In this document: in pieces, positions 39,679 to 52,424 of the stretch
How positions within the stretch are numbered: the first letter of the stretch is position 1
Layout: each line of letters starts with the position of its first letter
NCBI GenBank assembly: GCA_002633005.1
Contig: NMRA01000075.1
Coordinates: forward strand, 948,426 to 1,012,425
Direction: 5' to 3'
Length of the DNA stretch: 64,000 bases
From: Phoronis australis
Lineage: Eukaryota > Animalia > Phoronida
The notes under the pieces: generated by a model
What the model was told of the DNA's origin: nothing
The model's database searches: none
What the model saw: only the letters and a program-made list of their open reading frames with translations
Position numbers and translations under genes: made by a program

Positions 39679-40985
39679 TAGTACCTGTAGTCAAGCTGAT
39701 TTTGTAACCTTCATGCCAGGGTGAGTCGTCCATCAGTGTGTGCGCTTACCAATACTCAGGCTGATGTAGAAGGGGCTGATCTTGTTACTCCAATGTCAGT
39801 AAGTATATTCATCAGTGCGTGTGTGTAGTCATGTAGTCAGGCTGATATAGAGGGGACTGATCTTGTAACCCCCATGCCCGGGGATGTCTTCATTAGTGTG
39901 TAGTTCCTATAGTCAGGCTGATGTAGGAATTGATCTTAACCTGTAACCCCGAAACCAACTAAGGGAGTTAAGTTATCTGTGAATGTAGTACTTTTAGACA
40001 GGTTTCTGATCTTGTAACTCCAATGCCTAGGGGTATTATCAGTTTGTGTAGTACCTATAGGCTGGTTGATGTAGAGGGGGATGATCTTATAACCCCATAT
40101 CAGGTGGTGTCTTCATCATTGTGTGTAGTAACTATAGTCAGGCTGAGGTAGAGGGGGATGATCTTGTAACCCCATATCAGGGGGTGTCTTCATCATTGTG
40201 TGTAGTACCTATAGTCAGGCTGAGGTAGAGGGGGATGATCTTGTAACCCCCATGACAGAGGGTGTCGTCATCAGTGTGCGAAGTACCTATAGTCATGTCG
40301 ATGTAAGGGTTGATCCTGTAACTCCTCTGTAAGGGGGGTGTCGTTATCAGTGTGTGTAGCCCTTAAGTCAGGTTGATATAGAAGGAGCTGATTTTGTAAC
40401 TCCCGTGAACGGGGTTGTCTTCATCAGTATGTGAAGTACTTACAGTGAGGTTGCTATAACAGGGTTGATCTCATAACTACCCCATACCAGGGTGTGTCTT
40501 CATCAGTATGTGAAGTGAGGTTGCTATAAAAGGGTTGATCTCATAACTACCCCATACCAGGGTGTGTCTTCATCAGTATGTGAAGTGAGGTTGCTATAAC
40601 AGGGTTGATCTCATAACTACCCCATACCAGGGTGTCTTCATCAGTATGTGAAGTGAGGTTGCTATAAAAGGGTTGATCTCATAACTACCCCATATCAGGG
40701 TGTGTCTTCATCAGTATGTGAAGTGAGGTTGCTATAAAAGGGTTGATCTCATAACTACCCCATACCAGGGTGTGTCTTTATCAGTATGTGTAGTGAGGTT
40801 GCTACAAAAGGGTTGATCTCATAACTACCCCATACCAGGGTGTGTCTTCATCAGTATGTGTAGTATCTGTGGTCAGGCTGATATAGAAGGAGCTCATCTT
40901 GTACCCCCATTGCAGAGGGAGATGACATCAGTGCGTGCAGTACCTGTAGTCAGGACGATGAAAAAGGGCTGCTCTCATAACCACC
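39679..40985. repeat. Tandem satellite of about 64-78 bp with a homogenised core at 40440-40860
   Basis: Units gtagtacctatagtcaggctgatgtagagggg..gatcttgtaacccca..ggg..gtcttcatcagtgtgt; the first unit starts near 38560, left of the inserted transposon. Confidence 0.88.
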
Positions 40986-41914
40986 TCTGTTCATGATATC
41001 AGCTTAAAACTTGATAGATGGATTCATTGATTTTACTCTATAAATATGACGTTTCTCCTCTATTATGGAAATATTGTCCGCATTAATTATACAATTTTCT
41101 TTTCCAAAAGTCTGCAGACTTGTTATAATTTGACTCAGGTGACATCCTTACAGATCATTTGAAATGTCAATTAGATGTTACAGTCTTTTTGTGTCCTTTG
41201 AGACATAATCCCAATAAGTTGATTGACGTAACACACACTCACCAGCTAATATCAGCTGTTCTGAGGTATTTTTGAATGTTTGAAAGCGAATATAAAAGCT
41301 TTAATGACTTATTAATTAAATTTCTAAGTTGGGGGCCTCTAAAATTATGAAAGTACATTCACATGGAGATATTGTTTCATGTCAATTCACAAATCACTCA
41401 AGTTTTTCCTATTCATGAAAAGTTTTAGAATATTCCAAATCAAACAGGGTGCTATAAAATTTATTGGCTTTACTCGCAGAGGAATTGAAATGACTAGCAA
41501 TCATTTTTCTGACTTTGATCACCATTAAATTTTCTAGGTAATGCACATGCAGGGCTAATCTGGACAATGTCAAGCACCAACCATTTGAGGAGAGGGTTAT
41601 AGACAATTTCATGAGTAACATAACTAAACTCTGATAAACATGCGCAAATATACAGACAATAGTTGTAATTAGACTATAAATTGGAAATGCAAGGAACAAA
41701 AGAATTGCCAATGATAACTGAAGTAACCCTGATTTGACCTTAGATAAAACTGTCATTGATGCCCCATAACCTAACAGGGTCCAGTAAAGATGAATTCTTT
41801 GAACTAACAGGTAGCCATCCTGGAACAAAATATATTGAACAGTAGCAATGACTCTTTGGTGTGCTCAACAGGCATCAAAGTACATTAATGTAAAAGATTA
41901 TGAATATTATGGCA

Positions 41915-42520
41915 TCTTACAAACTATCACATAACTAGGTATCAAATGTAGAAGATTTGGATATTATTGTGTTTGGTTAACTATCACATAATCAGCTATC
42001 AAATGTAGAAGTCATGTGTATTATAGTTTGGTTAACCATCACATAACCAGGTATGAATGTAGAAGTTCATGGATATTATTGTGTTTGGTTAACTATGACA
42101 TAACCAAGTATCAATGCAGAAGATTTAGATATTATTATGTTTGGTTAACTATCAAATAACCAGGTATGAATGTAGAAGATTTAGATATTATTATATTTGG
42201 TTAACTATCACATAACCAGGTATCAATGTTGAAGATTTTGGATATTATTGTGTTTGATTAACTATGACATAACCAGTTATCAATACAGAAGATTTAGATA
42301 TTATTGTGTTTGGTTAACTATCAAATAACCAGGTATGAATGTAGAATATTTAAATATTATTATGTTTGGTTAACTATCATATAGCCAGGTATCAATGTAG
42401 ATGATTATGGATATTATTGTTTGGTTAACTATCACATAAAAAGGTAGCAATATAGAAGATTATTGTTTTGTTACTATTGAATAACCAGGAATCAAATGAA
42501 TGCAGAAGATTATGTGTGTT
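41915..42520. repeat. AT-rich minisatellite of about 59 bp
   Basis: About 10 copies of ttggttaactatcacataaccaggtatcaatgtagaagatttagatattattgtgt. Confidence 0.88.
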
Positions 42521-42954
42521 AGTGTTTCATATAACCAGTGTTATTTTGTTTCAGAAAAGAGGATGTGAAAGTTGTTTTTAATGTCTGTTACTAGGCCATA
42601 AGCGAGTTTGGTATCTTTTTAAGGAAAAGAGATAATGTTTCATTGTACTTACAAAAGACCAATACAGCTTAAAAATTACTGGTGTTTGAATTACTCTGAA
42701 TTGATATCTCACAACAAATGGTTTAATACAAGATGGTCAAAGCAGTACATCACACTCACCCAACTAACTTCAAGTTGTCTGACTATTTTTAGAAGATATC
42801 CAAAAATGTGCGTATTGTTCTTCACACACATTCCACTAAATCATATAAAACAAAAAAATTCACATAGAATTAAAGTTAAAAAAGGTATTTCAGATATTTA
42901 AATTCTCTGAACCTCCCATCACATCTATTTAAACTTAAGGCAATTTCTAAATCA

Positions 42955-44628
42955 AGAGACAAGAAAGAAGTTGATATATGTACTGGCACCTTACAATTGA
43001 TGTGTTAACTATTTTTCACAATTAAGCAAAACGTTCTCTGATTGTACATCCGGCACAAATGAAAAACCCCAAAAACATGTCCAGTTTATAATCCCCTATT
43101 TAGCCTCTAGCGGCTAAAACACCTTTTTGACACCATTGTTTTTGCTTCTTACATATTATAGAAAGGAATTAATTGCGACAAAAATTACACCGCTCATAAT
43201 CCGTAGCCCCTTTAAAAAATCTCAACCAATCACTGTAAAGAGGTTCATATGACATCATCATGGCCACGAAATTACTCGGATGCCACACTACGTAACAGCT
43301 GAGTGGCATTTCTTGGGCGTTCTGCACTCGTCGATCTCTGGGCTAAAATGCCACGTTACGTGGTGCACGGGTGAAGCAATGTCAGTGGCAAGGGCATACA
43401 TTTGCACAACTTCCCAACCGATCCCATCGTGTGCCGTGCGTGGAACAGTGACTGGCGACAAATTTCCCGATTAGCAAGATCTCTTCTAGACTAGGTGCAA
43501 AGCTGTATATAAAATCTACCGCTTTGAGCCAATGTGGGTAAAAATGACTAAAGAAAATCTGAAACAAAAGTAGTGTCATTAAAATCTACACCGCTCTTCT
43601 TTTAGTAAACCAAATTAGTTACAGGTGTTAGGAAAATTGGCGTTCTATCGCTCATCTAGTGCTAAAATTGAAGTGAGCTCTCGTGAGTCAGTTTTCGGCG
43701 ATTATGTCACCTGACCTGAACAGTTTTTCCCCCCGTTTATTCTTCTATCAGCTGTTCTTTGCTACCACGAGGATGCGTACATGTCACAACAAATTGTCGG
43801 AACTGGTTTCATTTCGTTTTAAGTTTTTAGTATTTTTAAGACCAGCAAACCAAATTTTAGAACAAATTTTGCTGCTGCGAAGCTCGTTCAAAACTCTATC
43901 TAATGTGATAGTATCGCAAAATTTGGTAAATTTTTCGAAAAAAATGAAATTTTGCGGTTTTTTTGGGGAAATTCAAAGTCAAATAACTCGAAAACGGTAC
44001 GTCTAAGAAAAAAATTGTTACAGGTCATTCGAAAGGGCATACCTCAGAGAATCCACATGCAAAAATGCACATCATTTTCTCTTCCCGTTTAAAATGGCAT
44101 TCCAGCACGACTGAAAATGGGTCAACATGCGCCAGATCCGCCATCTTGAAAGCAACTTCCGGTTGTTTAGTTTTGAATAATAGCATGTCATAAGAAACTA
44201 ACAACTGAAAAAATTCGAAGGAATTGCTCCTATAATGCAACTTTACCGGAGAAAACGTTTTTACCCTAGAATCGAAGTGCACATGCGCCATGGTCAATAT
44301 TTCCACCACCTTTGGTTGGACGTCCGCAATTTTTTATGTATCAATAGCACTTGTCTAGAGCTATGTTTTTTACCGATTTTCAGTTGTGTATCTCAATAAT
44401 TGCGGCTTCTATAAGCATTTCAATCTGAAATTGGAAACAAAATGGTATCCATATCCGCCGATCATGACCAAAAACAATAGGCTTCCAGCACTTCTGGGAA
44501 TACAAGATGCGTGCAAATTTCATGAGAATCGGTCAAAAAATGCGACCTGTAGAGTGCGAACAAACAAAAAAGGAAAAAACTTGACGTCAGAGCAACGTAC
44601 TTGGCGAAATTTACTTCGCCAAGTAATG
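42955..44628 (+). mobile_element. Helentron/HINE-like non-autonomous element
   Basis: CpG-retaining block ending tgcaaatttcatgagaatcggtca..aacaaacaaa and a terminal hairpin ACTTGGCGAA/TTCGCCAAGT at 44599-44624. The left boundary is approximate. Confidence 0.5.
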
Positions 44629-45889
44629 ACTTGAAGAACTCAAGCATACAAAATATTTTTTATTCTGACACCTATTTCAGATTAAATGTATGAGCAAATA
44701 CTGTAGATGGTTCATTTGTACATCCCATTGATTTGAGTCAACAAGTAAATTTTAATCAGCCATTTTCAAGACATGTTATATCCAACACACTGGTGGTTTT
44801 GTTCACTGATTTACCTTCAGCGTGTTGGTTAGTTTGCACACTTATTTCAGGATTTATGGCAAACGGAAGCTTATCTCAGAGATCTTTTATTTACAGTTGG
44901 AAGATGTGATTGTCAGAATAGCATTTGATCGCTCCAATGACTGTTCACATCTTAGGTGTGTGGTTTCCTACTGACAATATTCTGAGCAAAGCAACAAAAC
45001 ATTTGGATTTTATATAAGTGTGAATATGTCATCTTTCGCAGAAGTGCTTGTTATTTGTTTTATTGTGAAGAGCTGGAAAGTTTTTTTTCAAAAAGGGCCT
45101 TCCTTGTTTGTGCATACAACGGAAATGTGCAACATGCTTTATAAAGTGCAAACTAGACAAAAATACAGTTCAAACACCAATTCACCTAGGATTAAGGTTT
45201 TTTTGAAATTCATTTTCTCAATAGAAAATGACACTTAGCACAAAAAGCGGTGATCACACAATTATTAACATTTGTACGATGTTATAAGGCTTGAATTCTA
45301 ATTGTTCAGTCATTATGGATCCAGGAAATATATACGCACAATCATGTACTTTTAATGGCTAACACTGAACATTAAAGTTATTTGAAAGGACTTTACACAT
45401 TAACATTTCATTCCAGAAATTCAAATTTATTAACCTGAACAACAGTTGAAAATGGACTACGCATTTCTGGATGTATAAACAATGTCTTAAAGGTGAAAAC
45501 CATTTCTGGTTAAAATGTTTAAAATGAATCTGAGCAGCTTACAAGTGATTTGGCTGACAGTAAACTGTATCTTAGCTATAAACAGGTGGTCTTGCCATTA
45601 TTCACCATGTAGTGAGAATAAAAACACTGCGATAACCATTAAATGGATACTGTTGTCTATTTTTGCTGCAGATGGTCATACCAGCCCTTGATATTCTAGC
45701 ATGATTCACCACTGAACAAGTTCAACACAAGGCACATCTCAGTCATTTCTGAGTTAACTAAGTTCCACTCACTGCAGGCATATCTTGCTTATTTTTAAAC
45801 AATGCGCAAATTTGTATAGTTTTGTACCTAAAATCTGTGAGTGCGGGGGTGAAAACTAAAGCAAAGAACATCTCGACTCATGCAGAGGT

Positions 45890-46110
45890 TCCGAATGTAG
45901 AAACGGTAGGGAGGATGCATCTAGGAGCTGAATGTACAGCCAGGTGGTGAATGTAAAAAGGGGGATACAGCCAGGTAGTGAATGTAGAAAGGGGGGATAC
46001 AAACCAGGTGGTGAATGCAGAAAAGAATGATAAAAGCCAGGTGCTAAATGTAGAAAGGGGAGGATAAAGCTAGTTGTTCAATGTGAAAAGGGGGATAGAG
46101 CAAGAAGACG
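45890..46110. repeat. Purine-rich tandem repeat of about 30 bp
   Basis: Units gaatgtagaaaggggggatacagccaggtggt. Confidence 0.7.
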
Positions 46111-46360
46111 AATCTAGAGTTGACTTTCTTGGATGAAAATGGAAGCAACGGTGCATGGTATTGATGATGTCCAAGTTAATTTGTTCATGTGTCATGCTTG
46201 TGTTGACTTGGCAGTAGTGAACGGAAGTTATCTAAGCTTAGCTTAAAACTATTGGTTTTCAAAAGAATGAAGTCTTATATATTCGAATAGGCATGAAGAA
46301 AGTCAACAAACAAAAACCAAGACAAAACTGTACTGGTTTTGAGGACTCACAGCTGTACTA

Positions 46361-48207
46361 CCGTAATCGTTCGGGTAAACGCCCTGGGCGGTTAAATTGG
46401 CGAATCCAAAAAATCGGGGGAGGGCGGTTAACTGAGCAGTGGGCGGTTAAATCGAAAATCTACCTAAAGTAGGGGATGGGCGGTTAACCGAACATGGGCG
46501 CTTATTACGACAGACAACCGCCCTGGGCGGTTAATCTTACCTGGCGATCTAAATCCCGACACGACAATCATACTCGGAACGCGTAGCCCTTNNNNNNNNN
46601 NNNNNNNNNNNNNNNNNNNNNNNNNNNNNNNNNNNNNNNNNNNNNNNNNNNNNNNNNNNNNNNNNNNNNNNNNNNNNNNNNNNNNNNNNNNNNNNNNNNN
46701 NNNNNNNNNNNNNNNNNNNNNNNNNNNNNNNNNNNNNNNNNNNNNNNNNNNNNNNNNNNNNNNNNNNNNNNNNNNNNNNNNNNNNNNNNNNNNNNNNNNN
46801 NNNNNNNNNNNNNNNNNNNNNNNNNNNNNNNNNNNNNNNNNNNNNNNNNNNNNNNNNNNNNNNNNNNNNNNNNNNNNNNNNNNNNNNNNNNNNNNNNNNN
46901 NNNNNNNNNNNNNNNNNNNNNNNNNNNNNNNNNNNNNNNNNNNNNNNNNNNNNNNNNNNNNNNNNNNNNNNNNNNNNNNNNNNNNNNNNNNNNNNNNNNN
47001 NNNNNNNNNNNNNNNNNNNNNNNNNNNNNNNNNNNNNNNNNNNNNNNNNNNNNNNNNNNNNNNNNNNNNNNNNNNNNNNNNNNNNNNNNNNNNNNNNNNN
47101 NNNNNNNNNNNNNNNNNNNNNNNNNNNNNNNNNNNNNNNNNNNNNNNNNNNNNNNNNNNNNNNNNNNNNNNNNNNNNNNNNNNNNNNNNNNNNNNNNNNN
47201 NNNNNNNNNNNNNNNNNNNNNNNNNNNNNNNNNNNNNNNNNNNNNNNNNNNNNNNNNNNNNNNNNNNNNNNNNNNNNNNNNNNNNNNNNNNNNNNNNNNN
47301 NNNNNNNNNNNNNNNNNNNNNNNNNNNNNNNNNNNNNNNGTGGGGGCTGACGCAAGAAATAGTAAAGAACAGCCAGCGACACTGCTAACCAGTTTGACTG
47401 AGATGCAATAAGCGAAAAACAAAATTTGACTAGCCGTTTTTTATTACTTCAAGATCATACACAAACATACATTATTGCCAACGTTTGAATTCAGAAATTG
47501 ACAGGCAGCAACGAAATCGGTAACCCAGTAAGGCACTTGTACTGTCCCTTCGGTCGCCCCACATCCTCTATAACCCGGCAGTTATATTCATCAAAATATT
47601 GAGAATTTGACATCTTTCCGTGAGTTGTGAGATTTATTCAAAATACGAGAGCTTCCCACATTAATAGAATTTGGAGGGTTGGCAAAACCATTGTCACATT
47701 TCTCTAGCCTGATTTTTTCGAATATATGTTTTATCTAGTGCACTGCAGACCGAAACTCAGCGCTGCAGACAAAGTCGCTGAAAGCGGAGGTTTTGACCCC
47801 GGCGGCGTTCTTAAACTTTGCAAACAAGGGAAGAAAATAAAGTGACAAAAAGGTTCGAGTATTATGTTTTGAAGTGAGTTCATGACCCAAGACAATAACG
47901 CGTTACCTGTATTGTAATTCAGATTGCTAAACCACCGTCTCGGAGTCCCGGCGTCGTTGCACTCATTGCGATCATCGATCTTTTTCTAAAAGTCGGGGAA
48001 TCGCACGTTTCCTTAGCACTAGGCGCTAAATCTTCATTCTTTAAAAGTCGGGGATGGGCGCTTAACCGAGAGGTGGGCGCTTAACTGGAAATATTCAAAA
48101 ATCGCAGGGGGGCGCTTAACCGAGCAGTGGGCGGTTAAATCGAAAATCCACTTAAAGTCGGGGATGGGCGGTTAACTGAGCATGGGCGTTAACCCAAACG
48201 ATTACAG
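46361..48207. mobile_element. Tc1/pogo-like non-autonomous DNA transposon spanning an assembly gap
   Basis: TA|ccgtaatcgttcgggtaaacgccc ... gggcgttaacccaaacgattacag|TA, with subterminal gggcggttaac repeats at both ends. Confidence 0.8.
46592..47339. other. Assembly gap (748 N)
   Basis: Run of N. Confidence 1.
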
Positions 48208-49974
48208 TAGTTGGTTGCAAAAATCCAGACAGCACAAGTGGCGATGGTTCGCGATTGCCTAAACACATGTTATGGAATGGATTTTGCTGAAATGACAATA
48301 AAGAACAACCGCCATGCAATCGAAACTCGCCATCTTCCGTCTGAAATGCAGACATTCTTTTAACTCTCAATTGATTGTTTTAATAGAAACAAATGTTGGT
48401 AGTTTGCAACATTTAATTGCCTCATGGGTAGATGAGTTAAAATCAATGTGATGGCTCAAATATTTTGCTGGCGGATCTGATTTAAAAAGTCTGGTAAAAT
48501 ACTGGTAAATGGAAACACTACAAAATTAATGGCTTCAAACCACAGAACCAAATTGTGACCAGATTTAGTTAAAATCCATCACTTAAAGGTGATAAGTATG
48601 TACTTGTGAAACTTACTAAGTTCCAGAACAGACAACTATTGATGTGTGCGTGCGTGCGTGCGTGCGTAATTATATATATTAAATAATTCCCATCATTTCA
48701 GCAGATGCTTGCTAATTATAAAAATACATGTGACTACCCACTTCACCAAATGAATGCATCAAAACTTGAGAATAGTTTTGTGATGGCAATAATAATTGCC
48801 AAGGGTAATAGACTTAACATTTCCAAAAATAAATTACTATTTCCTGAATGATCAGTTATGACTACTATCACATATGGTGCACAGTTGTTCTTCATCATCA
48901 AACACTGAGCTCTGATAAGAGCAGGACATATTGTGGCAAAAGTTCTCTTAACATTCAAGGATTTGAGTTACAAGTAATCTGCCAATTTTAAAATAATTGC
49001 AAAGTTCATTGAACTTCTTAATACAGGCCTTGATTATAATTGATAGTTGTTATTATTGGTTTAGGCCAAGTAACTTGGCTTGTTGCACTGCTTATTTTAT
49101 GCTCCCCCACACCCCCACACCCTCCGCACCTAGCATGGTTACTTTTCACTAAGGAACCAGTGGAAGACTGGCTCGTATCCACTTTAAATTGATAATCACT
49201 TTGCCTTTAATGACTGGTATAGCTTGAAAAATCTCAAGGCCCTACATCTTGTTATTTCATCATTAAATAAACAACACATTCCTTTTCGCAAATGAAAACA
49301 AGAATCTTTAACGAGATTAGCAAAAGAGTTGATGGCTCTTCAAAACTTAAACAACCTTTACAGCAGAAAATAAATCTTAATTAATCTACAAGCTTTGAAC
49401 CGAGTTAATTCGAGGGCATTACATTACCATGGAGGAAAAATCCTGTGGATTTAGACAGCCAACTGGGTTCCATTAATGTTATAAACATTAGCCTGATTAT
49501 ACTCTGTGAAATCTGAAAAATCTCCAGTACTTTCAGTAAATGCTTGTATCAAGCTGCATCTGGAAAAACTTGATCTGCACTTTTGAGTGGAAATATGTTA
49601 CACTGTACATATGCATTTCTATGAGGTCTAAACACATTAATTAAGTCCTCACTTAGGCAGTAGACATGATAAAACTGTCAAGAAAGCCACAAACAGTCCT
49701 ACACTCAGGCATTATGACTTCTCACTCAGCCCATAGGTATCAAAACTGACATAAGAAATTCATTATCTGACACCAGATTGTTATAACACTGCACCCCAAA
49801 AAAGAAACATGAAGCAGCGAATAGCCAGCAACGGTGTTTAACAGCCACATGGAAGTACTGGAGCTCGGCACAAGAGGAACTCAAAATGGTCAGTCACATA
49901 TTTCAGACTAAATATAATGTAGGTAATCCATGGCAGGCAATGCCCCACCAAATAGTTGTTAAATGGTCTTCATT

Positions 49975-50320
49975 CCTATACATTCACAACTGAACACTGT
50001 TCATGGTCTATTACCATACATTCACCACTAAACACTGTTCATGGTCTATTACCATACTGAGATTCACCACTAAACACTGTTAATGGGCCATTACCATACT
50101 GAGATTCACACCTAAACACTGTTCATGGTCCATTACCATACTGAGATTCACCACTAAACACTGTTCATGGTCCGTTACCATACATAAAAAACTAAACACT
50201 GTTCATGGTCCATTACCATACTGAGATTCACCACTAAACACTGTTCATGGTCCATTACCATACTGAGATTCACCACTAAACACTGTTCATGGTCCATTAC
50301 CATACATTCACAACTAAACA
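49975..50320. repeat. Minisatellite of about 40-44 bp
   Basis: About 8 copies of attcaccactaaacactgttcatggtccattaccatactgag. Confidence 0.88.
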
Positions 50321-51011
50321 CACATTCAATATAACCACCTGTGCCATCAAGGTGTCCTTACGGAATCCCCGCATATGATGAGTGACAAGAAATTGCGTCT
50401 AATCAAACTTTGCAATTAAATGTTCAATAAAGTGACAAATAAATGAGTAACAATCGTTTTAATGCGACTTTATATCTTACCTAGTAAATAATTCATTAAC
50501 CATCTACTCAGTTTTAAATGCCAAACAACTTTTTACGGCTCTCAACATGTAAACCCAGCAGGAAAAGTCATCTACCTCTGTCGAAACTTCTTAAAATGTG
50601 GCTAAAATGCAAGAAAATCACCCTTTTCCCAAGTCTCAGTTCACTTAATAACTGTCGCACATAAACAAGATAGACATTGGCCCACAAATTGTAATGAGAA
50701 AATAAAATTTAATAAACATTTCAAAATATCTCACCCCTATAGACATGACCTCATAGGTGCTGCAAGCGAATGAAAGCTAATCAAACTAAAGTATGTTTAC
50801 TCCACTATTGTGTTCGGTAATTGTCCAGCCCATTGTTCAATGCTGAGACTGAATTAACCATCATAACATGGACACGGTATTTTGTGCGTTTTCTTTCGGC
50901 TTGAATTGTAGTAAAACCAGTTCTTTGCCAATGGTACAAAATGAGCTTAAGCTCATTGAAACTGCATCCAGAGCACTGAGTCTCCTTGATGGATTTTTGC
51001 AATCCAAACAC

Positions 51012-52410
51012 TAACAAGAGCAATGCAAAGCGTTGAAATGCGTCAATGGAACCTTAAATTTTGTTTGGGGACCTAGTAAAATTTCAGGTTGCGGCGAAGT
51101 CGCCCACTCACATCCGAATGTACACTTAAAATACCATAAAAGTAAACAATCGCGATTGTTCAGCAAAAATCAGGTCTCATTTATGAGTCATGCACAGGTA
51201 GTGTGAGCATGATGTTCTGTTCCTGCCTTAGGTGAGCCTGCGTTGGATATTGGGTACCCAAGAAGGTGGATATGGGTCACGAAAAACTCATAATCTTCCA
51301 TTCAACTGAAAAATGTTTAAAAATCAAACAGAGTAATTCAAAAAACCAGCGGACATTTACTGAGTTTGTCAGTTTTTCAATCCAGGTATCTTGCTTATTT
51401 GATTTTCAGCTCTTGCCAACTGTGGTCTTTCAAAACCCGGATTCGAGGTCTTCTCGTTTTGCATACCTCAATTTGCGTTTGGTGACCTGAGAACTTTGCC
51501 AGGTTGTATTTGGCAAATGTTAAGTATCAAGCCCTGAGGGATGTTTATTAGTCTCGAAACTAGCTACTTGCTGAACCTGTCCCAAAGCAGGAAGGCTTCG
51601 CAGTCTTCCTCAGAGAAAGCTAGAAGTGAAATTTGATGAAAGTCAGTCCGCGGGCTCTGAAGGTAGAGATGTAAGTGTAAAAATGATAGAATTGCCTCTA
51701 TGAGGCACAGCACTAGTCGAATCTGTCAGAAACAAGTTGTCTTCTGGTGCCATGTTCATAGGAATGTACTTTTCACAAAGGTCCCACAAGGGGTTTAGGA
51801 GTTAAGCTGTGGATGCAGAAGCCTCTAGGGAGCGCCGCTGATGTCGGACCATACAAAAATTTTATTAATAATCATTTGAGAAGTTTGCACATAGTGAGGT
51901 TAATGCCAAAAGCAAACTCAAAAATAATAAAAATGGCCATTAAATGGCACAGAATATGTCTAACCTGTCTGAAAATAGAATGGTGCTTACAAGAAACTTA
52001 TTTGACAACTAAAATTTCACAACATTCTGTGAAGAAACACCAAATATAGAGGTAAAAACTAAAATTGACACTAGGGAATACACCAGTTGTCAGATCTGGC
52101 AAGTCACCTCTTGTCACATTCACTGAAAAGCACAACATTTCACAACAATCCTGCAGGCGCAATTGGAAGATAGACGCAAGTGCCAAAAAATGACATAAAA
52201 ATGGTCCAAGGTCAATATGAAACTGGAAATACGTCGTCCTCTCCTTATTAGAAAGCTTTTTGATGAATGCAATGAAAATCAGCCCAGGAACTCTATAGAT
52301 AAAAAGGTAAATGTAAAAAATTGCCCCCAGGAGGCACAGCAGCAGTCAGATACACCTGAAAGTTCTAATCCATTATCATATCCATAGGAAAACAATGATC
52401 CTGCAAAGGG
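51012..52410 (+). mobile_element. Helentron/HINE-like repeat (family of 708-1683), possibly with a nested insertion
   Basis: Head aacaagagcaatgcaaagcgttgaaatgcg, and aaaattgcc.ctag.ggca subrepeats as at 5897-6900. Confidence 0.4.
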
Positions 52411-52424
52411 TTAAGGACATAAGC

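Noticed and set aside
41409-41828. Hydrophobic 139-aa minus-strand ORF
   Set aside because: No recognisable family motif, a non-ATG start and no need for it in the TBC1D19 reading frame. T-rich strands often give hydrophobic chance ORFs.
46549-47422. ORFs of 277 and 284 aa
   Set aside because: They consist almost entirely of X from the N gap.
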